Assembly: GCA_036339735.1 (NCBI GenBank)
Contig: JAYZAL010000101.1
Location: 8,537 to 72,536 of the forward strand
Direction: 5' to 3'
DNA from: Candidatus Poribacteria bacterium
Lineage (GTDB): Bacteria; Poribacteria; WGA-4E; UBA9662
DNA: 64,000 nt
The notes beneath the pieces are model-generated. The model worked only from the letters and a program-made list of their open reading frames with translations. It had not been told where the DNA came from and searched no databases. Of the stretch, positions 1-10,500 are shown piece by piece. The position numbers were made by a program, and so were the translations under genes. Each line of letters opens with the position of its first letter. Position 1 is the stretch's first letter.

Positions 1-117
1 GCAGATGCTAATCTAGATAGACAAACACATCAAACAAGTCGTCGCGAATCCCATTAGTTCTGAGATATAATAGATCAGCTATTAATGAACTCACAGCCGA
101 GGAAAGGAATTTCTATT

Positions 118-1008
118 ATGCAAATTGTAACCCAAGCTGAATTATCCAATAAAATGCCATCCTATCAAGGTAAGGTGCGGGATTTGTATGATTTAGGCGA
201 TCAATTATTAATCATTTCTACAGACCGGATTTCCGCTTACGATTTTGTTTTACCCAGTGGTATACCCCACAAAGGTCATGCCTTGAACAGTATGTCCGAG
301 TTCTGGTTTAAGGAAACCGAGTCAATTGTCAACAACCATCTCATTTCTGCGGACGTAAATGAATACCCTGGCTTATCTGATTCTGACCGTTCACTATTAG
401 ATGGCCGATCAATGCTGGTACGAAAGGCCAATCGAATCGATATTGAATGCGTGGTTCGAGGTTATATTGCTGGTTCTGCTTGGAATGAATACCAGAAAGA
501 TGGAACAGTTTGTGGTTCCAAACTACCCACGGGTTTAAAACAGTCAGATCGACTGCCCGAACTGATTTTCACACCGGCAACAAAAGCTGACCACGGGGAA
601 CACGATGAAAATATTTCCATACAGCAAATGACGGACGTCGTCGGCAAAGATCTAACAGACAGATTAATGGAGACTAGCTTTGCTTTATTTAGATTTGCCA
701 GTCAACATGCTGAAAGCGTGGGGCTAATTCTATGTGACACTAAATTCGAATTTGGTTTGGTTGGCGAAGAATTGGTTTTGATTGACGAAGTTTTTACACC
801 AGACTCTTCTAGGTTTTGGCCAAAAGACGATTACCAACCAGGCCGATCGCAAAGTAGCTTCGACAAGCAATATGTGCGAGATTACCTAGTAGAAATTGGA
901 TGGAACAAACAACCACCAGCACCGCAACTGTCATCTGAGGTGATTGAACAGACCAGCAGAAAATATTTAGAAGCTCATCGCCTGATTACCGGACGCTCCT
1001 TGGTTTAA
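118..1008 (+). CDS. purC: SAICAR synthase
   Basis: GKVRDLY, TDRISAYD, ECVVRGY, DTKFEFG and DEVFTPDSSRFW motifs. ATG at 118 follows an AAAGGA SD (ORF track starts at 85). Confidence 0.97.
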   Translation: MQIVTQAELSNKMPSYQGKVRDLYDLGDQLLIISTDRISAYDFVLPSGIPHKGHALNSMSEFWFKETESIVNNHLISADVNEYPGLSDSDRSLLDGRSMLVRKANRIDIECVVRGYIAGSAWNEYQKDGTVCGSKLPTGLKQSDRLPELIFTPATKADHGEHDENISIQQMTDVVGKDLTDRLMETSFALFRFASQHAESVGLILCDTKFEFGLVGEELVLIDEVFTPDSSRFWPKDDYQPGRSQSSFDKQYVRDYLVEIGWNKQPPAPQLSSEVIEQTSRKYLEAHRLITGRSLV

Positions 1009-1015
1009 TGCTGAC

Positions 1016-1741
1016 CTAGACCTTTTTTCGCCAAACGGCTTCAAAATTATCCCTAGGTTGAAACCCAAGCAGTCGTTTGGCTTTTTCGTTGGAAACCCAG
1101 TCGTGTGGGAGGTCGGCCACGATAAAAAAGCATTCACACCTTGAAGGCATGGCCTCAAGATCTACAGCTAAGGCACGACGAAACGATTCACCACAGTCAC
1201 GCCAACTGACAGTAAAAGGATGTAAGTCAGTACCTTGTCTCTGATCATCATGTTCAAGAAAAGTCAAAAATAACAAAGTTAGGACATGTAGTGGATAGTT
1301 AGCTGTGAAAACACGACAGATTTCTTGGCCTAGAGATTTAGTCAGTGCATAAAGATTTGTGCCAGGGTGAGGTGGAATGTCAGGGGTGATACCAAAATCG
1401 AAGTCTTCGTAGGTTTCGCCAGCCAAAGTAAAGTGTGGTCCTGTATTAATGATTCGATCAATACCTTGCTCAGCTGCCACCTGCATAGTATTGTAGGTGC
1501 CACGAGTACTAACATCGAAGGCTAGTTTCCGATCGTGCCTCAAAACTGACAAATTGATAATTGCATCCATGCCTTCAGCTGCTTTTCTGACTTGCTCGAT
1601 GTCGGCCACATCGACGACTCGGGTTTCATGTGGCGATTCGATTGGCGTGGTGTCTGTAATACGAAGGGTGTGTTCATTCTCAATCGCTTTGACCACATGT
1701 GGTCCCATGTATCCATTACCACCTAACAAAAGCACTTTCAT
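1016..1741 (-). CDS. NAD-dependent epimerase/dehydratase (extended SDR)
   Basis: N-terminal LLGGNGYMG Rossmann loop and YALTK catalytic YxxxK. Confidence 0.88.
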   Translation of the reverse strand: MKVLLLGGNGYMGPHVVKAIENEHTLRITDTTPIESPHETRVVDVADIEQVRKAAEGMDAIINLSVLRHDRKLAFDVSTRGTYNTMQVAAEQGIDRIINTGPHFTLAGETYEDFDFGITPDIPPHPGTNLYALTKSLGQEICRVFTANYPLHVLTLLFLTFLEHDDQRQGTDLHPFTVSWRDCGESFRRALAVDLEAMPSRCECFFIVADLPHDWVSNEKAKRLLGFQPRDNFEAVWRKKV

Positions 1742-1743
1742 TT

Positions 1744-2322
1744 TTAATCTCCCAGATGAATAATTTTCCAGTACTTGTCGTCAATAGCATCAGACACCGC
1801 AGTGGAAATCTCTTCTGTACTAACCTCACCTAGCCGCAAAATGGTGATTTTTATTAATCGCTCACGAGCAAACTCCTTGCAGATACACTCGCCCAGATAT
1901 GAGGCCAACAGGTCAGGAGCAGTACTTGGCTGCGGACGCCAGCGAGGGCCAATAGCCACATTTGGCCCAAGTCTGTCAAATAGCCTCAGTGTGCTAAGGA
2001 AGATAAAGTTACTGACACCAGCTTCGGCTGAAGCAGTCAATAGATTGTAAGTACATCGTGTTGAAAAATCTAGGAGTTGATTGGCCGAATCACTGATATC
2101 GTTCAGTGTTAGGCCGTTGGCTGAAGGCGGTCTTGCCAAATGTACAACCGAATCAACATGCTGAACCGGTAGTTGCGATTCATGGTCAAGGTTAGAACGA
2201 ATGAAATCAAAATCCGTTTGGACATCGACTATATCCGTCAACCGAATTTCGTGGTTGGCTGACAAACTCGCAGCTAACCTTCGGGCTAATTTAGTACTGG
2301 CAGATGTGATTAATAATTGCAT
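1744..2322 (-). CDS. Short degenerate SDR-like protein
   Basis: SDR-like scaffold (IRLTD, VVHLA, TYNLLTASAEAGV, ITILRLG) without a Gly-rich loop or YxxxK. Confidence 0.7.
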   Translation of the reverse strand: MQLLITSASTKLARRLAASLSANHEIRLTDIVDVQTDFDFIRSNLDHESQLPVQHVDSVVHLARPPSANGLTLNDISDSANQLLDFSTRCTYNLLTASAEAGVSNFIFLSTLRLFDRLGPNVAIGPRWRPQPSTAPDLLASYLGECICKEFARERLIKITILRLGEVSTEEISTAVSDAIDDKYWKIIHLGD

Positions 2323-2344
2323 TTGAATAACGTTGGCGTATAAG

Positions 2345-3340
2345 TTAAACAGGGAAATCTAGCTTCTGGTCAAAAAATACCCGACTAACCGAACGGTGCT
2401 TATGGATACGAAAGATTGCTTCAGCTAATAATGGGGCGATACTGAGGACCTTGACCCTACCGTTAATTTGTTTCTCAGCCGGAACAGGGATAGTGTTGGT
2501 CGTAACAATTTCTTGGATAGAAGGTCGGTCTAATAATTGACAAGCTTGGCCAGTTAGTACCGGGTGTGTAATAGCAATATGTACTGGGTTAGTGCCTGCC
2601 ACCACAAGTGCATCAGCGTGTTTATAAATGCTACCACCAGCAATCAAATCGTCAATCAAGATAGGGGTCTTACCTGATACATCGCCAACAATCTGGTTGA
2701 CTTCAACCGACCGACCGCCAATTCCGCTTCTTTGCTTATGCATGATAGCTAAAGGAGTATGGAGGATTCCAGCATACTTTTCTGCTAATTTGGCTCGGCC
2801 AACGTCTGTAGAAACGACGACCCCATCCTTGATTTTCTGCTCCTTTAGATAGGTGGAAAGGATTCCTAGTGCCGTTAGATGATCAAATGGGATATTAGAA
2901 AACCCCTGGATTTGCGTGGCGTGTAAATCGACTGAGATAATACGATCTGCACCAGCTGTAGTGAGTAGGTCAACCACCAATTTGGCCGTTATTGGCTCTC
3001 GCCCAGTAGATTTATGATCTTGCCTTGCGTAACCAAAATACGGGATCACTGCTGTGACTTGCCGAGCTGAAGCTCGACGTAATGCATCCAGCATAACTAG
3101 TAATTCCATCAAATTGTCATTGACAGGCTCACAGGTTGGCTGAATCACATAGACATCCGTCCCACGTACACTTTCCTCAATTTGAACATGGGTTTCACTG
3201 TCGGGAAAAGTTCGTATTTCAACTTGGCCTAGGCTAATACCTAAACAGTCAGAAATTTCTTTCCCTAATTCGGGGTTAGACCGGCATGTAAATAAGCGAA
3301 AATCGCTACCAACAGACTCCCCATCTCGAATTGACATCAT
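2345..3340 (-). CDS. prs: Ribose-phosphate pyrophosphokinase
   Basis: FPDSETHVQIEESVRG, NLMELL, PYFGYARQD and DLHATQIQGF. Confidence 0.95.
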   Translation of the reverse strand: MMSIRDGESVGSDFRLFTCRSNPELGKEISDCLGISLGQVEIRTFPDSETHVQIEESVRGTDVYVIQPTCEPVNDNLMELLVMLDALRRASARQVTAVIPYFGYARQDHKSTGREPITAKLVVDLLTTAGADRIISVDLHATQIQGFSNIPFDHLTALGILSTYLKEQKIKDGVVVSTDVGRAKLAEKYAGILHTPLAIMHKQRSGIGGRSVEVNQIVGDVSGKTPILIDDLIAGGSIYKHADALVVAGTNPVHIAITHPVLTGQACQLLDRPSIQEIVTTNTIPVPAEKQINGRVKVLSIAPLLAEAIFRIHKHRSVSRVFFDQKLDFPV

Positions 3341-3398
3341 TCTTACTCCTTACAAGATACCATGAGACCAATCTAGAATTAGTCTGTCTGTAGTTAGC

Positions 3399-6300
3399 TT
3401 AGGAACAACCGCTAGTTTCGCCACAATTTAGACACCGGTAACATGTACCGTTACGAACCATAATAGTACCACAACTGTGACAACTAGGCGCATCGGTCTG
3501 CATCTGGGCAATCTTCACTTCTTGCTCAATGCGTTCTTGCTTACTGCTTCCCAGTTCACCTGGTAATGGCCATTGATCTTGTTGGGGGAAATCGAGTTGT
3601 TCGACCTCATTACTAACTTCTACATTGTTAGTGATAAACTTTTGCTCCAGCCACCGAAAAACATAATCAATTACTGACTTAGCAATTGGAATATCCTTGT
3701 TATTGGTAAAACCGGCCGGTTCAAAACGAGAATGAGAGAATTTCTTTACCAGTGATTCTAGTGGGACACCATACTGCAAAGACATAGAGGTCATAGTAGC
3801 AATAGTATCCACCAATCCAGAAATAGCTGACCCTTCTTTAGACATGGTCAAGAAAACTTCGCCTGGTAGCCCATCTTCAAACATACCAACCGTCAAATAT
3901 CCTTCATGCCCAGCAATGCTAAACTTATGCGTGATCGACTGGCGCTCATCTGGCAAACGACGACGGCTGGGAGTCATCTCTTCTACTGCAGCCAACTCAA
4001 CTTCATCCTGTTCAGAGTCATTGGAGGTGTTCAATGGCTGGGACAGCTTTGATCCATCACGATAAATGGCCATTGCCTTCAGGCCCAACCGCCACGATTC
4101 GGTGTATAACCTTTCAATCTCTGCAACTGTAGATTCGTTAGGTAGGTTAATCGTTTTGGAAATAGCACCGGAAATAAAAGGCTGAGCCGCAGACATCATT
4201 TTAACATGTCCCAAGGGAGCGATAAAACGATTGCCATATTTTCCACATCGGTTGGCACAATCAAAGATCGGCAGGTGTTCTTCACGTAAGTATGGAGCAC
4301 CCTCTAGAGTCATCATCCCACAGATCACTTTGTTAGCTGATTCGATCTGATCGTTGGTAAAACCTAGATGATTTAATAAAGAGAATGTCGGTTGCTCACA
4401 CAAGTCTACTGCCCATCCTTTTCTTTTGGCTAAATCATCTCCAACTATGTGAAGGTTGATCGCATTAGATAACTCAAAAACAGAGGGCAAGACAGCTTCA
4501 ATTTTGCTGATTTCTTCGTCGGTCAACCCTTTTTCTTTCAAACTGATAGCATTGATTTCTGGGGCATTAAGCAAAGTGGCTGTGCCCTGGGCATAAGCTA
4601 CGATAGCTTCAATATTGGGCTGACTATATCCAAGAGCAGCTAGAGCCTCCGGTACAGAGTTATTGATGATTTTGAAATAACCACCCCCTGCCAGTTTTTT
4701 GAATTTAACCAGAGCGAAGTCAGGTTCTATCCCAGTAGTATCACAATCCATTAGTAGTCCAATTGTACCAGTGGGGGCCAAAACCGTGGCTTGAGCGTTT
4801 CGATAACCATGAACTTCCCCCGCTTCAACCACTTCATTCCATATTTGTTGTGCGGTATTGATCAAATCAGGTGGACAAAGATCGGGGTCAATTTGGTAAG
4901 TAGCAGCTCGGTGCTTATTCATCACCCTCAGCATAGGTTGACGATTCTTCTCATATCCAGAAAATGGACCTTTCACAGACGACATCTCCGCGGATGTCAG
5001 ATACGCTTCTCCGCATAAAATCGCGGTCAAGGCATTGCACCAGGCGATAGCAGTTTGGCTGTCGTAGGGCAATCCTTTAACCATCAATAGCGTACCCAAG
5101 TTTGCATAACCCAAACCTAATGGACGATAGTCGTGGCTATTCTGAGCAATGGATTTGGTCGGATAAGACGACAAATCAACTAATATCTCTTGGGCTACAA
5201 AGAAGATGCGACAGGCATGCCTGAATTTTTCAATTTCAAAGTCGCCTTCGGAATCCAAAAATTTCAGCAAGTTTATAGATGCTAAATTACATGCACTATC
5301 GTTTAAAAACATGTACTCAGAGCAAGGATTGCTACTGTAAATTCGGTCCGTACTAGAACAAGTATGCCAATCATTGATGGTTGTATCGAACTGCACACCA
5401 GGGTCTGCGCACTGCCAAGCAGCTTCAGCTACTTTCTGCATTAACTCTGAAGCTAAAAATTCCTCGTGGGGTTCTCCTGTTGTTCGCAGGCGAGTACACC
5501 ATTTTTCGTCGTTTAGATAGGCCTGCATGAATTCATTTGTTAAGCGAACAGAGTTGTTTGAATTTTGGCCCGAAACAGTCTTATAAGCCTCACCATTGAA
5601 ATCAGAAGAATAACCAGCGGCAATTAGCGCAGCGACTTTCTTTTCTTCTTTGGCTTTCCATTCAATGAAATCAACAATTTCAGGGTGATCCATATCTAGG
5701 CACACCATCTTTGCCGCACGTCGGGTTGTGCCTCCCGATTTAGTTGCTCCAGCAGCTCGATCGTAGACTTCTAAAAATGACATCAAACCACTACTAGTTC
5801 CACCACCCGAAAGTTTTTCTTGTCTGCCTCTGACTTTTGAAAAATTGCTACCAGTTCCTGATCCATACTTAAAGACCCGAGCTTCATTTTTGACTAAATC
5901 AAAAATCGACATCAGATCGTCATCAACTGATTGGATAAAGCATGCGCTACATTGTGGGTTCTCATAGTTGTTATCTGTCTGTACGATTTCTTGTTGGTCT
6001 CGATTCCAGTACCAATTCCCTTGCCCACCTTCAATCCCATATTGATGGTGAAGCCCGCAATTAAACCAAACTGGCGAGTTGAAAGCACCACGTTGAGTTA
6101 CTAGCATATAGGTCAATTCAGCCTCAAATCTGTCTGCATCTTCTACTGACGCAAAATATCCACCAAACTTTTCTCCAGCGTGTCGGATAGTATTGGCAAC
6201 TCGGTGTACGAGTTGTCGAATGCTGTCTTCGTGTCCTTTTTCTGGTACGCCGGCTTTACGCAAGTATTTGGAGGCTGCAATATCTAAAGCTAGTTGAGAC

Positions 6301-6527
6301 CATTCCTTCGGAACTTCAGCTCGGTCGAGATGAAAAATGACCTCTCCTTTTTCATCGTATATAGATGAACTGCGATATGTCCACTCGACCTGATCAAACG
6401 GGTGGGTGCCATTTTCAGTAAATACACGAATAAACTCAAGACCTAATGATGGGTCATTTTCACCAAGCCTTTTGCTAATTGTTTCATGGCTAGGTGCGGC
6501 TGGAATTGAGTGAGTTGAATTCGTCAT
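3399..6527 (-). CDS. nrdJ: Class II (B12-dependent) ribonucleotide reductase with C-terminal TSCPD and Zn-ribbon region
   Basis: NSPVWFN, PQCSACFI, NPCSEY, ACNLAS, APTGTI, QPFISGAISKTIN and C-terminal CxxC...CxxCG.TSGCS. Confidence 0.96.
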   Translation of the reverse strand: MTNSTHSIPAAPSHETISKRLGENDPSLGLEFIRVFTENGTHPFDQVEWTYRSSSIYDEKGEVIFHLDRAEVPKEWSQLALDIAASKYLRKAGVPEKGHEDSIRQLVHRVANTIRHAGEKFGGYFASVEDADRFEAELTYMLVTQRGAFNSPVWFNCGLHHQYGIEGGQGNWYWNRDQQEIVQTDNNYENPQCSACFIQSVDDDLMSIFDLVKNEARVFKYGSGTGSNFSKVRGRQEKLSGGGTSSGLMSFLEVYDRAAGATKSGGTTRRAAKMVCLDMDHPEIVDFIEWKAKEEKKVAALIAAGYSSDFNGEAYKTVSGQNSNNSVRLTNEFMQAYLNDEKWCTRLRTTGEPHEEFLASELMQKVAEAAWQCADPGVQFDTTINDWHTCSSTDRIYSSNPCSEYMFLNDSACNLASINLLKFLDSEGDFEIEKFRHACRIFFVAQEILVDLSSYPTKSIAQNSHDYRPLGLGYANLGTLLMVKGLPYDSQTAIAWCNALTAILCGEAYLTSAEMSSVKGPFSGYEKNRQPMLRVMNKHRAATYQIDPDLCPPDLINTAQQIWNEVVEAGEVHGYRNAQATVLAPTGTIGLLMDCDTTGIEPDFALVKFKKLAGGGYFKIINNSVPEALAALGYSQPNIEAIVAYAQGTATLLNAPEINAISLKEKGLTDEEISKIEAVLPSVFELSNAINLHIVGDDLAKRKGWAVDLCEQPTFSLLNHLGFTNDQIESANKVICGMMTLEGAPYLREEHLPIFDCANRCGKYGNRFIAPLGHVKMMSAAQPFISGAISKTINLPNESTVAEIERLYTESWRLGLKAMAIYRDGSKLSQPLNTSNDSEQDEVELAAVEEMTPSRRRLPDERQSITHKFSIAGHEGYLTVGMFEDGLPGEVFLTMSKEGSAISGLVDTIATMTSMSLQYGVPLESLVKKFSHSRFEPAGFTNNKDIPIAKSVIDYVFRWLEQKFITNNVEVSNEVEQLDFPQQDQWPLPGELGSSKQERIEQEVKIAQMQTDAPSCHSCGTIMVRNGTCYRCLNCGETSGCS

Positions 6528-6546
6528 AACGGTTCCTCGAGATTAT

Positions 6547-7371
6547 TTAATTTGCTTGGTTTTGATTTGTTTGCTTCGCTAGATTCTTTTGCTGATTTTT
6601 GACATAGACCAACCGCTTCCCATTGACTAGTGATGACTTGATTTTGCCCTGTGAGATATGTCGGCGAATTGTACGTTCTGACATGCCAAAAATGGACACC
6701 GCACCCTTCACATCAACCCATCCACCCTGTTTTTCGTCATTTTTAGGCGGTCTAATGTCATTGGCATAGACCAATCTCACACGATTCTCCAACCTAGAAC
6801 GAACTTTTCGCTGTGAAATATAACGTCTCAATGTACGCTCTGGCAGGCCAAAAGTGGCAACAGCTTCTTTAACTGAAAGCCAAGATGGGGTATCTTCAGA
6901 AGGACGATCAGCAAACTCACTAGCTGATGAAATCTGAAGGACTTCTTTTTGAAAATCATGGATGTCTTTGAACTCACGATAGACAGATGCGAAGCGAATG
7001 TAGGCAACATCATCCAAATTTTTCAGCAGGTTCATGACAACCTCACCAATAGTATGACTTTCCACCTCATTCTTACGCAGGGCAATCAATCGCTGCAATA
7101 CTTCGCCAACCAGATTGTCAATTTTGTCTTGCTCAATAGGTCGTTTTTCACAGGCTTTGCTCAGGCTTAGCAGCAACTTATGTCGGTCGAAAGATTCCTT
7201 CTGCCCATCCTTCTTGACTACGAATAAATCCAGCGTTTCTGATCTTTCGTATGTGGTAAAACGCTTACTGCACCCCAAACATTGTCGCCTTCGCCGGGTT
7301 GCATTCCCCCTATCGGTCGTACGCTTGTCAATTACCTTACTCTCTTTACTTTTGCAATAAGGACACTGCAC
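6547..7371 (-). CDS. nrdR: Transcriptional repressor NrdR with a C-terminal extension of two HTH repeats
   Basis: CPYC...RRRRQCxxC.KRFTTYE Zn ribbon, ATP cone (VVKKDG) and VAYIRFASVYREF, followed by ~125 extra residues. GTG start. Confidence 0.95.
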   Translation of the reverse strand: MQCPYCKSKESKVIDKRTTDRGNATRRRRQCLGCSKRFTTYERSETLDLFVVKKDGQKESFDRHKLLLSLSKACEKRPIEQDKIDNLVGEVLQRLIALRKNEVESHTIGEVVMNLLKNLDDVAYIRFASVYREFKDIHDFQKEVLQISSASEFADRPSEDTPSWLSVKEAVATFGLPERTLRRYISQRKVRSRLENRVRLVYANDIRPPKNDEKQGGWVDVKGAVSIFGMSERTIRRHISQGKIKSSLVNGKRLVYVKNQQKNLAKQTNQNQAN

Positions 7372-7416
7372 TGGTTACTCTTCCTGTGAAAAAACATTTT
7401 AGCGGCCAAGCCGACA

Positions 7417-7464
7417 TCTCAACATATTGTAGGGGTGGCAAGTGAATGGCCCAACATGGAGAGC
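7417..7464. promoter_or_regulatory. Tandem NrdR boxes
   Basis: tctCaAcATaTtGtag (7417-7432) matches every core position of acaCwAtATaTwGtg. A weaker copy gccCaAcATggaGagc starts 32 bp away (7449). Confidence 0.75.
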
Positions 7465-7476
7465 CTGCATGACCCT

Positions 7477-7505
7477 ATAATAAACCAATTGGTTGCACTT
7501 GTCAA
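7477..7505 (-). promoter_or_regulatory. sigma70-type promoter of the nrdR-nrdJ operon
   Basis: TTGACA-17 bp-TATTAT on the minus strand. Confidence 0.7.
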
Positions 7506-7553
7506 CCAACATGCGCAACAACAATTCACTAGTATATGGGGCATCAATCCCAC

Positions 7554-7582
7554 TTGACGACTGGATTTTCGGCTGATATCCT
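7554..7582 (+). promoter_or_regulatory. sigma70-type promoter of the S8 protease gene
   Basis: TTGACG-17 bp-TATCCT with TGn extension. Confidence 0.55.
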
Positions 7583-7590
7583 AACGAAAT

Positions 7591-10500
7591 ATGCGAATTT
7601 TTTTTATCATTTTTTTTTATTTTTTTGTTGGTATAAGTTGGAGTACCAATAAATCGCCTTCTAATCAATCTGTTTCGGCCGAAAGTACGAGCCAAACTAG
7701 TTCTCAGTTGATTGTTCGTTTATCTTCTCCTGCTGTGTTTCAGAAAGTCAAGCATCAACTTAGAGTTGACCATATTAAGCCTCTATTGCCCCAAATAAAA
7801 ACTAAGTTCCTTGCTGATCATCTCGGACTATCCCGTCTTTATCTACTCGAATTTTCCCAAAAGATAGATCTAACCCAAAAGTACTGGCAATGTAAGGGGC
7901 ATCCTCAGGTCGAGGCAGTCGCTTACAATTATATTCGGTTCACACAATCGATCGAACCTAATGATACTAGTTACAAAGACCAGTGGAATTTGGAGAAAAT
8001 TGCCATGAGAGAAGCATGGGAAATTGACCGTGGCAATTCTGATGTCATTATTGCAGTAATTGATACTGGTGTAGACTACACACATGAGGATTTAAAAAAA
8101 CAGATGTGGCGAAACAATCGAGAGATCGATGGTAACCAGATTGACGACGATAGCAACGGATATATTGACGATATGCTAGGTTGGGATTTCACCCAAAATG
8201 ATAATAAGCCTATGGATGAAACCGGACATGGCACTCATGTGGCTGGCATTATTGGTGCTGAAGTGGATAATCGAATTGGTATTGCCGGTGTAGCTTGGAA
8301 ATCTAGAATCATGGCTATTCGGGTAGGATCTTCTTCCTATTACGGTGGTGTGGGCATGCGCGATAGTAACTCTGCCGCTGGCATCATTTATGCCGCTGAT
8401 AATGGAGCAAAAGTGATTAACATGAGTTGGGGAAGCGATCGATTATCTTTTGTCATTCGTGATGCTTTAGCTTATGCTAGGGCTAGCGGAGTATTACTAG
8501 TGGCTGCTGCCGGTAATGATATGAAATCTGATGTTATTTACCCTGCCGGTTATCAGTCAGTTTTAGCAGTTGCCTCAGGCAACCAACAAAATGAGCGATT
8601 TTATCAGTCTAACTTCGGTTCCAGGGTTAATATCGTAGCTCCTGGTAATGATATTTTGAGTACCCATATACGAGACAATTATCGGCTACTATCCGGAACC
8701 TCAATGGCAGCACCACATGTAGCAGGTGTTGCTGCTTTAATGCTATCAAAGAGGCCGAATTTGACAGCCGAAGAGATTAGACAAATTTTGGTTTCATCAG
8801 CACAACCAATGCCTAAAAGTCCTGAATTTTCGGGAGCCGGTTACCTTTTGGCACCTGCGGCTCTACGGATGAGTATTAGTTTACAATCAAAAATTACATC
8901 ACCCATTACCGGTACTGGCAGTGATAAACAGATTGAAGTCAGAGGTTCTGCTGGTGGCTTTGGATTTCAAAAATGGCAATTACGGTACGGTCAATCGACG
9001 ACACCAAACGATTGGACGATAATCAAGGAAGACTATTTACCGACTGGGAAAGATCAAATTCTAGCTGTATGGCAAACTACTTTTTTGCCTGAAGGTAGTT
9101 ATACTCTTCAATTGGTTGTCAAAAATGTAGACAGTATACAGATCACAGATAATGTTGTTGTTCAAGTCGACCACTCACCACCAATTTTACAAAATTTGAC
9201 CCTTCAACACTGGTTAGCCGGCGATCGTTATGTACCGGTTGTATTTTGGTCTACCTTTGACATGACTATTAATGAACTCCATTGGAAGCCAATAGCTTCG
9301 AGCAATTGGCAGGATCGAGACGCTGAGGCTGCAGTTAGCCGAGAGCATATCTTTTGGTTACCTGATCTACCTGCTGGTGGTTACAAACTTTCTGCTAAAT
9401 CAACCAATCTGGTTGGTTTGACAACCGAACAACTGTTCAGTACTCAGATCAAAGACAGTCGAATTCCAACTTTTCAACTAGATCAATACACACTTGGCTT
9501 ACCACCACTTCATTTGGCTAACTCTAGTTCACCGATTGACTTCGATGGAGACGGACAAGTTGAGTTGGTTGGCTTGCCTTTAAGTGGGACGTTGACTAAA
9601 GGTGTCCAAATTTATGAGCGAAACAAGCGAGGTCTTTTCCCATTAAGACACACTATTCCAACCCGTTTTTGGCCAGCCTTTGTAGGCGATTTGAATCAAG
9701 ATCGCCAAATAGAAATTGTTGGCTACGATGATGATCAGGTGTTTGTTATGACTGGCGACCAAACATATCCTGATCAGAAGGTTTGGACTTCTGATATCAT
9801 TGAATTCGCTCAGGTATTTGACCTTGATCAGAATGGTCGTCCGGAAATTGTGGGGCCAAACAACTACAGCGGTCAGGTAATCGGATTTGAAAGTGGAGGC
9901 AATAATACTTTTGATCTAATCTTTGAAATCAACAACCCTAGCCAAGGTACCAACGTGATAAAACAGATTGCCGCCGGAGATCTTAACGGGGATGGGAAAA
10001 ATGAACTTGTGTTCGGCGACAGCGAGGGTGAGATCTTCGTCTATACAGATATGAACGGTCCAAACCATCGTTTGGTTTGGGAACATAATTTACCGATCCA
10101 AGATATTCGGGTGATAGTGGTTGGAGACATGACTGGAGACAAAATTGACGATTTCATTGTTGGAGGACAAACCTACCAGCCTGAACTACCGTCGATTGCT
10201 CGCCAATGGAAATTTTACGCTTTTACCTATCGATCACACAATAAGGGCTTTAGTCAAATCTGGTCTCAATCATTTGTTCCTTATACCGAACAACTTGCTA
10301 GTTTGAAGATTATTGATCTAAACCAAGACTCTGCAAATGAGTTGGTAGTTGCTATTTCGCCGCACGTATACATATACGACCAAAATTTCGAGCCGATTTG
10401 GACAAAACTTATTCATGAAACACCAAACATCTTAGCAACTAATTTTTCCGAAGATGGCCGGAAGGGAATTTATGTCAATCAGTCTCGACAGGCAGTAGCT

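Noticed and set aside
3399-6527. Possible intein in the long nrdJ
   Set aside because: Catalytic motifs are uninterrupted and I see no C...HN splice junctions or LAGLIDADG motifs. The length is explained by ordinary insertions and the C-terminal domain.
7436-7450. sigma54 promoter for the protease gene (TGGCAAGTGAATGGC)
   Set aside because: The -12 element is poor and a better sigma70 promoter sits next to the start.
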